From Diadema antillarum (taxonomy: Eukaryota), in the NCBI RefSeq assembly GCF_040938485.1, contig NW_027271581.1:1550001-1614000 (forward strand): a DNA stretch of 64,000 nucleotides, written 5' to 3'. The position numbers were made by a program, and so were the translations under genes. The notes under the pieces were generated by a model. The model was not told where the DNA came from, did no database searches, and worked only from the letters and a program-made list of their open reading frames with translations. This document shows positions 53,748-64,000 of this stretch, piece after piece. How positions within the stretch are numbered: the stretch's first letter is position 1; each line of letters starts with the position of its first letter.

Positions 53748-56368
53748 GCACTGTAGGCACTGTCCCGACCGCGATCGGATGGAAAGATGAAAACACGCGT
53801 TTGCCGTGCATGTTTGAAGGAACACCGCAAGCTGTGTACTGGGCGAAGGAGAACATGACGAATCCAGGACAGACGCTGACCTTAGCTTCATTCTTTGAGC
53901 AGAAATTTACGAGCAAGATAGAAAGGTTCCACATGGACGAGGATTTCGGCCTCATAATTACCAATCTAGAAGTGCCAGATGAGGGTTACTACCAATGCCA
54001 AGTGGTGCTTCTAGATTTTAGTGATTTCTCAAATTCAACCTTTCTTACCGTGAATGGTGCGTTCAGAGTACAGTATAAAAGTGTTATTATAATCAGATTT
54101 ATGATAAAGCGATATCATGCTAACACAATTAATCTGTTTGAAAAAAAGGAAAATGACTTCAGCAACTATTATATGACCCTCCTTGGCCAATCAATTTGAC
54201 GCAATCTCTTGGTCTTTTTTTTAAAACTCAAGCATAACCCTGGAGCCTGATGTACGTTCTTAGTACTTTCTAAATGTCTTTCCTGTAAAAAGTGCTCATT
54301 ATGTTGAGACATGTCAGTGAAGGTCAAGACTGGTTTCACTGGTTGGTTATGAATATAATGAGTCAATTATTGTAATCAGTAAACACAATCAAATCACTAC
54401 TAGACTATCAAGGGATTATGCGACCATTTACAACGGTCAGTTGTGTTTGATCTTTGTTAATCAAAATGGGTGTTTTGATCTCAATAAAAGAAGGATAAAT
54501 GGTTCACTATTTTAAAGCATTCGGCCGATGATGCAGATATCCTGTGCCTGAGTTGGTATGGTGTGGTATGATATGGTACGGTTTATTAGATAAAAGATAC
54601 TCTCGCTGCCAAGCGGCTGAATTGCAACATGTGCTCACAAAATAATAATACAATACACAGTGTCTGTGAATACAATACACAGTATCTGTGAACACAAATG
54701 AAGATCATATTCGTTTTAAAATGCTAAAACAAATACCTACACTAATTTTATCTATTTCATGGGGGTTGAAACAATCACTATATCTAAGTGCGCATGGATA
54801 TGTCAGGTGCGTAACTTGGTACCAATTATGTCCACGCAAAACGAAATAGGTGTTGTTATTCTAGTTCATTTAATATTCTAAAACTTTTTTTTTTGTCGAA
54901 TAAATCTCCTTAAGTTAAGTGCCCATGCCTGCCCAAGTGCACTCGGGACTAGTCTTCGATGAGTTTTATTGATATCGTCACGGTTGTGAGTTTTACTGGC
55001 TTTATTATTCTTAATGCTGTCTTCGTTAATGTAGTCTAAATAATTATTGCAATTCTCATTAAAATTACTCTCAGCCATGGCTAAGGAGCATATCATCGAA
55101 CAATGTGTCGAAGAGGTTCATGGTTTGAGTCCTTGCACTATTCAAACGTCGAAGGAAGCCCCAACTTTTCATCTTGACTGTCGGCTCACGGGTTTCAAGC
55201 CAAACGTGTCGCTCGTGTGGAGCAAATCGGGTCGAGCACTGCCTCCAGTGAGGTCCAGCCAGCACACTTCTCCAGACGGGACTTTCGAGAGATTTGAGAC
55301 AATAACTGTTACAGCCAGTCACGACACGGAACAAAACTTCACCTGTACGACATCAGGTCATTCCGTGAACGGAACCTCGTCAAAGGTTATCACTGTTTTA
55401 CCTTTGAAAGGTGGGCAGTTAAGAAATATTTACTTCTATTAGTCACGTTAGTACTTAATAATGATTATACTAAGAATCTTTTCTTTATTGTACATTATAC
55501 GATACATTATCATACTGTTAGTACAATACTGTACTATAAAATACTATGCAACAATACTTACATGCATATAACATGATTAATATAATCATATAAATATATG
55601 TGTAGGCCTATATATATGGTATACTTAATCACGTATATTGTATATATATCAACATAGACAAACATATCAATACATTATATGAATATGATATAACATTGTA
55701 TGCTACATACGTGTGTGTTGGCAAGACTGTGCAATTGCTTATCAGGTTTATGTTTTCTTTTCCTTGTTTTTTTTTCCCTTGCACAGAGTGAGGTTAAAGA
55801 CAACTGAATAATAGTTTTCTAAAAGGTAGTGTTGTCAATTCTATTTCTGACATTAAAAGTGCACTTCTGGTAAATAATGTTATCATTCAAAATCATAAAA
55901 ACCATATTTTAGACACATGGATACTCGTTGTTCCAAAAGGGAATTTATCTATGTAACGTCATCTATCTGAATGTGATATTGGTTTAACCGTTTCTTGCTT
56001 AAGTTCGTTCAAATCTACAATTTTATATCATATCATAGCAACAAGATCACACCAGCTCATTGCATATAATTATAGGCTTACATTATAGTGCATCAACTTG
56101 CATTTGACTCTCTCGACAGGATACAGAAATTAAGACATTTGAAAATAGTAATGTGACATTTGATTGTGTGAACAATGCATATGCTTGTCTGTGTGGAAAA
56201 AAAAAGAAAAAAATCTGTTTATGACTAATTACTTGTCCCCCCCCCCCTCGAAAAAAGAAATAACAACTTTGCCTAAGGTACAACAGAGGAAAACTATAAA
56301 GAAATGCAAATGCAGCGATCTAGATTGAAATGTGCCATTTCAGCAAAAGAAATACAAAATATGTATAC

Positions 56369-56429
<61 letters not shown>

Positions 56430-59400
56430 CATACATATGTTGAAGAAGAGAAGAAAAAACCCAGAAAATTAGCAATTTCAATTCTCAAACGGGATTATAA
56501 TGGTTCTGCATGGGTTTAGAAATCATATAAATATCATAATTTATATTCGCAGTTAAAATATGTGACCCTGCACCTCAAAACAAACAAAAAGTCGCCAGAC
56601 ATGAATTTTTAGTTAAGACCATATTCTGAAAGAGCAGACTTTAAGCTTTAAAATGATGTATAACTCAAATCAAATGAACTCTCCTAACCTATCTAAATAT
56701 TGGAAAGAAAGCACAAACTCAGGAAAAGTGTGAACTGAGAAAAGACGCTCTGAAGTACAGTGTCTATTCAAGCGCTTAATCTTTACCAAACCGTGCTGGC
56801 TGTGCGATGAATGGGACAAAAAAACAGGAAGTAAACCACCAGATTAACAACAATAAAGGGATTATCAGATTAGACTGAAATTAAGCATGCCTCATTAACA
56901 CATTCTGTCCATAATTAATGCCAACTTTCAAAGCAGTAGCCCTATCCTTTCAAGAGTTATTAGAGTCGAAAGTGAAGAGTGTGGACAAGATTTTTTCAGA
57001 AATGAAAAAGGGATTCTAAAGACACACCTAATCACACTATTCTACCAAAAATGTTCGAGATAAACTGCTAAAAAAACACACTTTCCTGCCCGTTTTATGT
57101 TACCAAATTTTAGCATAATGTAACAGAAGACCCGCTCTTTCAGAAAATATGAAAAAGTCAAGTTCGGCTAGGTTGACCCATTTCACTAATTTTCAGTCAT
57201 CACGCAAAATCAGTGTGTGCGACTTTATGTTCGCTTTGAGGTGCACGGTCACATATGTATATCATAATACCTTATCGGTTTTTCCACACATTATTTCTGT
57301 GTGTTGCTTACCTTTCAATTTGTAAATGCTCAGTTTACCTGTCCGTTTATGAGATTCCTTCCTCTTTCATGTACTTTAACCCTTCACTATACACAACGGG
57401 ATTGGATATTGCTTTAATGGGGGATTCTTCATCCTAAAAATTACAAGTTCATTAATATCAATCGTTTATTGTGGTCTTTGTTACGTTTACAGAAGAAAAG
57501 GACAGTCCATCAGGTCAAAACAGAATGGGGCTCGGAATCGGACTGACGTTGTTCATTCTGGTCCTAGTAATAATAGTACTCTTTCTGGTAACTGGAAAGC
57601 TTTTGCAGAAGTACAGACCAGAAATCATGCCTGAAGGTAAATAATTATGTCATATTTGAGAATATGCTATGTCAATTTGCTTGTTTCTTTTTTTTAGTTT
57701 TCTTTTTTTATACTTCATTGTGCTTTTGCCGATTTCGAGATTTCAGGTGAATTACTCTTAATTTCTTTGTAAAATAGGTGGTATGCATTTACCTGCATAA
57801 TCATTTCTATTTTTTTAATTGGCAGAATCCTTATATTAATTTGTTATTTCTGTACAAAGTTCGGACCCTTTTTCACTGAGACCAATGTATCATTCTTCAT
57901 AGTGTCTTTATCACATCCTTAAGAATAGCGCCGAGTAGTATAGTTGTCGTACAATATCTCGACTGTGACGTCATAAAGGCGTCATATCATCTGTATTCAA
58001 ACAACTATTAAGCATCACAAATCGACGAAATTTTGTTTAAAAAAAGATAAGTCATGGGTTAACTTCTGCGAGATTGTGGTCCGCACACGGGAAAATTAAA
58101 ATGGTAAACACAAGCTCTTATCAAACCATATGCACGGCCTTGTTGAAGAACAGCCTGTGACTGAAACAAGTGACCGAGTGGAAATGAAATAAATGAATGA
58201 ATGAATGAATGATTTAAGTTTCAATCCCCTGTCACATCGTAAACATAATAGAATGGCCTAGAACGGGGATCTTGTAAGACCTACAAAACGAGTCCATCGA
58301 CCTCAAAACAGAGCCCCGTTTTATCAAAAGATATAATCGATTATGAATTTCTTTACCACACATGCTGCTATAGACTAACCATGGAAATCAATGCAAATCA
58401 ATTACGTAATATGTCTTTGCATGACTTTGAACTGTACTTATGATGTCATATTCTGTGCATTTTTATGTCAGAACGTGGGAAGTGTAACTTACTGCAACAT
58501 TTGACTATACATTTTGTACACTTAACGATGTTCATTATTTGAATTGTATCTTCGTGTATCTGGATTCAATTTCTCGCAATTTGATCAGATTAAGTTTCAA
58601 ATTTTGAAGTATAATTGACGGCATTGTTGTAAGAATCCTTTATGAAACTTAAAGAGTGCATAGTCGACATCTGGCCAGAAAATACTCCTCTGTACAAGTC
58701 TGAGGGAAATCAATTATTTCAGACATCAAAGTATACCTATTCTTTAACCAAAATCAAATTAAAAAAGTATCGGTAGTCTCATGTTAAGACGTCATTTTTC
58801 TTATCTTATCTATGCCCAAAGTAGCATTACACTGTAGGAGCCTATACGAGCTGACACACTTTGCAAGAGACTGTTCCTTCAATGAGCTACGGTGCGGATG
58901 ATGATATAGGGACTACTGGTTGATTCTTCATAGTGACTACTCCAATAGCATCATTTTGTCATAGATTTAATCTAAAGTATTTGATAACATAACTCTTGGT
59001 CAGTTACAGGGTGTTTTCTTGTCACAATGTATTTCATATGTGTAAGAGGGGTGTACTGATAAAGACAAAAAAAAACAAAAACAAAAGAAAACATACAAAA
59101 GTTTTGCGACGCATGTTATGATGGTTTCCAGAAACCATTAAACTTAAACCGGATTCCATTCAGATCTGTTAACATTGCCCATGGCTGTACTGAATATTCT
59201 CTGTTATACTATGTAGCCTCGAATTATTGCAAGATTGCACAGTCCCCAAGCGCTCCTAAAACAAACAAACAATCAAACAAACTAAAAGAATTTTGACTAT
59301 TTCATATCGTGTTATTTCTCTTTCTCTACATTTCTGACAAACTGTATAGGATTGACATGGATTCCATGCTGGAAGAAGCCATCAGAGAAGGACATTCCAC

Positions 59401-59439
59401 TCATAAAGCGGAGGGGTAATTTGACATCATGTACCGTCT

Positions 59440-59474
<35 letters not shown>

Positions 59475-61187
59475 ACAAAAACCACACACACACACAAAAC
59501 AACAACAACAACAACAAATATAAATACATAAAGTACAAAAACCTCGGGAATAATAACTTTAAAAATAATGTATCAATCCATGCATGGAACCATTACTTAT
59601 TACCCACATCTTACAGCAAACACCATCCGATTTGCTTCAGCGGTTAAAGAAAAATGGGGATCTTTGTAGAGTATGTCAGGAATCACTTCTCTCCGAGTTC
59701 TGCCCATTGTGTTCACACATTGATATGAAGTTCCAAGAGCTGCATCCAATTTGCTAAGCTTGGAAGAATCACAGACCAACATGCATGACATGCTTTACAA
59801 TGATCCACATTTCTCTGTGAGCACTTGACCAAATTGAATGGGATATTCTGCAAAATAAAGGTGAGATGTTATATTTTGAGACCCTGAAATAACATTTGGA
59901 CAGCTTAACAATATTGACAGTTATCAATGCGGAAATCCGATTGTATTTCTTTTTTTTGGGGGGGGGGGGGGAGGGGGACATATACTGTATATTGCACGAG
60001 GGCGTGTGTGGGCAATAGACATGCTGTATTTTTCTCTTTATCTCAAGATAAAAAATATCGAAACTAATTACTCCAGTCCAGGTGCTCATAGAATGTTTAC
60101 AATAGCATCGTAATTAATCAGGTTTTCTGTTTAACTGCACTTTTTGTTTATTATTTTTAAGCTATCTAGTATGCATCATTTTAGTGTTAAGACAAGTATC
60201 TCAGCTTCCACGGAGTCTGACAAAAATATCGTAACGTGATTTTACATAAGATCGCAGAGAAGATCTCACAGCTTGTTAGATGTTTGTATACTCTTTAAAA
60301 TGTACACAAGTTTGTGTTCATGAAACTAATCTAATTAATACCAAGCCATCAAAGTTCATTTGCCTTTCTCTATTCTCTATTCTTAATCCAATGGATTTTA
60401 TTTCAATCAAGTCAAATCGAAAGTTCAGAGAGTAGAATATAAGCTGTCGTGAAGGTGGTTGGTTTTGTCATATTATAATGTATTTAGTTCCCTGTGAGTA
60501 CATGATTGATACTATACACCAAATTACCAAACTGTTCTACTAATTTCCTTTAATAGTACGTATCTTTTCAATAATTATTGCTTTCAGATCTGTGAGATTT
60601 AATGTCTTGTAGACAAAGACGGACCACATAAATCCAGTAAGCTGTATTAGTCCTTTTTATGTTTATTTTTTTTTTTTTTACATAGAACGACTTCGAGAGG
60701 AGCTTCGAGAAAAAATTCGTAGCTACAAACCGGGAAGTGCCAGGGAAATTAACCTTGGCGACCTGAAGCTAGTCAACATCAATCTATTCGGGCAGATGAG
60801 CGCAGGAAAATCGGCCTTCATTAACTCTCTCTTCTTTGCTTTTAAAGGTAAGTCTTCATCAATTATTTGTGTTGTATGGAGCTGTCGTTGATGAATTCAT
60901 GCACGATCATTCCTCTTCAATTCATAAGTACATTGTATTTATCATAAGGTAAGATGTTGAGATAATTCATGATATTGTATGGAAGAATAGTCCTGAGCAT
61001 GCCTATGTGTTACGTTTCCAGCGAAACATTGTTTTTCCAGCGAAACATTGTTTTTCCAGCGAAAAATATTTCTACAACACATACCGTTAATCAATACACA
61101 TTCCTCTTTGTGCAAAGCAATTCTCTCCGAACATTTCGAACTGATTTGTTTGTTATAAGCCTGCAAAAAAAGCACCGGCATAGCCAA

Positions 61188-61225
<38 letters not shown>

Positions 61226-63391
61226 GATGGAGGCGGTCGTCCCCCCCCCCCTCAAAAAAAGAAATTGACCGGGGATTTGTAAGGCGGAAAAGAAGGAAAA
61301 ATTGCTTGTATACTGTATGCAAGTGCATGAAGCGGATCTCCCTTTCAACCTTTTATCAAGTAAGATCATAATTTCTTCAATATTTCACTCAGAGTGTGTG
61401 CCAGGTCGGTGAATTTCAATTCTAAAATTGCAAAATCTCTATCGCTAGGGAAGGGGATACCCCCTCGCAAACCCGTTCTCTCTGTACCCCTTTCCATAGC
61501 CTTAATACACTTGTGAGGTTTACAAAAACATCTAAATAATTCTGAGTGCACAAGACTTATCACTTATATTACAAAACTCAAAAGTTCCCTCATGCAAAAG
61601 GGGTAGGCTCTATATGCCACCTTCCCAATTCTCGGTCCCCTCTATTAGACTTATAGACTTAGTACACTTTGGGGAATGACAGTTTCCGAATTTCACACAA
61701 AAAGTGTACTTAAGATCGCTTTATTTCAATTCTAAAAAGTAAAAGCTCCGTCGAGTGGGAGGGGCATCCCCCTCCCACACCCCCTCTACCTCACTACAAT
61801 AGACTTTGTACATACGCAGAGATGATTGCACACGTGGAATAAGAGCTAAATTCTGTGATTGAGCTATTAACACTTCCCTGAATAAACCCTAATTATTTTC
61901 ATTATTTTTGTGTGAATGAGGGGGGGGGGGGAGAAAAAAGCACCAAAAAGCACCAAAAGTTTGCACCAGATCGCTTAATATCAGGCCTGAAAATGCAAAA
62001 TCACCTTCGTGTAGAAGGAAAGATACCCCTTATCTACACTCTCGTGTGCATGCTTTTTCTGTTTGATTGCTTAGTAGCGATTATGATATTCCTTGTAAAT
62101 ATTAATACAAGTAGTTTATTCAAATGATACAATTTTATAGGCAACTGTATTTTTCAATAGTAATCTACTTCAAAACATACTATTAACTTAAACAAGTGGG
62201 ACTGTTTCATGCAAAAACATGCATCAAATTGCACCTTTTACAACATCAAAAGGCAAAAAGTTCTGACCGTGGGGGGACACCCCGCTCTCTCGCATACTAG
62301 CCGCCCCCTCCCCATCCAAGATCAAATCCTGGCTACGCCGATGAGGAGCCGTCAGTAATGCTTTCAACGCACCCGTCAGGCGGAATCACGCTTAAAAGTA
62401 AAAGACAAAAGGTTTTTACAGGCGAACTAAGAAATGCATTTGCAGGTTCTAAGTACCCACGGATGTCGAATACTGATTATTTGACTAATGAGAAGAGAGT
62501 TGTGGTTTGTATATAATTCATATATGCTCATATATATGTATATAATCAAAAGCGCATCAGTTCGTGAGTCCCTTGAATACGTACAAACGATTTTTTTTTT
62601 GGTCCAACTTGAGCATTATCTACGTCACTTCACCAGAAATTTCATGTGAATAATATTTATCTCTGTTGTAAGAATTTAAAGGGCAATCGAGAATATGAAT
62701 GATAATTGTTACTCGGACCAGGAAGAGAAACACTTTAGATATGGCTTACATGCAATAATGAAATACTTATGATTTTTTTTTTTTTTTTGTGTGATGATGT
62801 TTCAGTGGTTATTGTATAGTCATGACCAACGGCCATTGCATGCACTCTCCTGGCCACATGCACGTTCATTGTATTGACTTTCTTTCCCTTTGGCCCATCA
62901 TGCATTACGAATTTAGATAGATTGTTTCATGAACATACAGCTTTCTAAATTGTTATTTCTCTGTCTTCTCATGTTATTGTTTCACTACTTTCATTGTTAG
63001 CTAATTTTTCACCTAGTCCTACTTATATTTCCTTCATTATTCAAAGTTTGTTTGTTTCCGTTGTGGGTATGATTGTTAGCAATTAAAGGGTGTCAACAAG
63101 TGGCCGCAATTACCTGTTTCTTTGTCTTTCAAAAGAAGTCTGTTATTCCGATCACTAACTCGTCTAGAATATCTTGCTGACATATTAACCATCAATGTTT
63201 GTTGTTTGAACGTGCCTTTCCTACAGGAGGAATCTTTGACAATGTAGCAGCTGAAGGAACTGCTGAGAGCGGGGGAGGTCACACCAAACAGCGTGACCAT
63301 CACCCGTTGACTGACTACATCACAGTGCAGGACAACCGGGGAATGCAGAACTTTGACTTAGATGAACTAGACCGGATTAAAGATGAAATCA
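53748..63391 (+). CDS. Type I membrane protein: IgV + IgC-like + TM + cytoplasmic IFI44-like P-loop NTPase domain (5' exon not found, 3' exons beyond window)
   Basis: GT-AG exons, all phase 1-1 and open: 53748-54056 (LPC..VYW..DEGYYQC), 55075-55410 (LDCRLTGFKPNVSLVW..FTC), 57493-57636 (TM MGLGIGLTLFILVLVIIVLFLVTG), 59350-59415, 60686-60847 (LREKIRSYKP..NINLFGQMSAGKSAFINSL) and 63227-63391 (GGHT..VQDNRGM). Confidence 0.82.
56372..56428. repeat. (TA)n microsatellite
   Basis: Direct reading. Confidence 0.9.
56562..57252 (-). mobile_element. ~690-bp MITE with ATAT TSD (Sola1-like), family A, intronic
   Basis: ATAT|GTGACCCTGCACCTCAAAAC ... TTTGAGGTGCACGGTCAC|ATAT. Reverse complement of 23879-24567. 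Confidence 0.92.
58100..58212 (+). mobile_element. Probable 3' tail of a LINE/SINE
   Basis: Short stem-loop (CAGCC-TGT-GACTG) then AATAAA and a (TGAA)n tail. Confidence 0.4.
61173..62343. mobile_element. MITE-like element with GGC(A/G)TAGCCA termini and G/C runs
   Basis: CACCGGCATAGCCAAGGGGG ... CCTGGCTACGCCGATG inverted ends. No clear TSD. Confidence 0.55.
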
Positions 63392-64000
63392 GTAAGTTCT
63401 ACGTCCAACGTCATATTCTTACTCAAGGGGAACACGAGGATGTAGATAGGAGGAGAAAGGGGAGCGATTAATGAAGTTATTTTTTCTCCCCTTTCCATCG
63501 TCATTTCTAGAATTAGTTTCCTTATCACGACATTAACATTGTTTTTAAACCACTGTCTATGATTCAGTTGTACTTAGTAATAAGATACTAGCAATCGAAG
63601 CGTTATATTTTTAGAGTTCATGTATGTCACACTGTGGATTATTAAAAAAAAAAGTTTTCATGCTTTTCAACCTTTTTACCATAGGTGTCAGCTGATACTT
63701 TACCATTTGCCCTGCTGGGAGAATCAATTAAAGCATGTATATAGGGCTTGTACATACCGTCTATGCAATTTTAAGATAATCCTCATGAGAGTAGATGCGT
63801 GCAATTAAGATGATGACTGGCGGGGGAGGGAATATAGCGAATGTTACACCCGAAGGGTTTGAAATGCTATTGAGGGAGGTTATAAGTCCTAAGACTTAGT
63901 CGAAGGACTTATATCCTCCCGCACAAAAGTCATCATCTGTTTATTATATGGGTTAGTCAAATATGTCAACGTCAGCCACCAGCAAAACACACTCGATCGC

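Noticed and set aside
58135-58170. Second hammerhead ribozyme (TTGAAGAACAGCCTGTGACTGAAAC)
   Set aside because: The core starts UUGA not CUGA, stem II is mismatched and there is no stem I pairing. It is better explained as a LINE/SINE 3' stem-loop before a (TGAA)n tail.

Overview
Eukaryotic, AT-rich, repeat-dense genomic DNA with spliceosomal introns, probably a marine deuterostome such as an echinoderm (taxon is inferred from gene and repeat style). I assembled four multi-exon genes by hand from splice sites and reading phase. (1) A minus-strand multi-pass membrane protein (CDS exons 13605 to 4606, continuing off the left edge) with the topology of a gustatory-receptor-like 7TM ion channel. 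(2) VCPKMT/METTL21D (+, 18174-25262, 5 exons, complete). (3) MORN2 (-, 32511-29156, 4 exons, one GC-AG intron, complete). (4) A plus-strand gene (53748 to >63391) encoding IgV + IgC + transmembrane helix + a cytoplasmic IFI44-like P-loop NTPase domain; this is the most unusual item in the window. Mobile DNA includes a frameshifted Penelope-like (Neptune-type) retroelement with a minimal hammerhead ribozyme at its 3' end, three decayed L2/CR1-group LINEs, and many MITEs (AWWT, TA and TTAA target sites). There is also a nested foldback element carrying TTAGGG repeats, a higher-order array of hairpin repeats, and a 197-N assembly gap.
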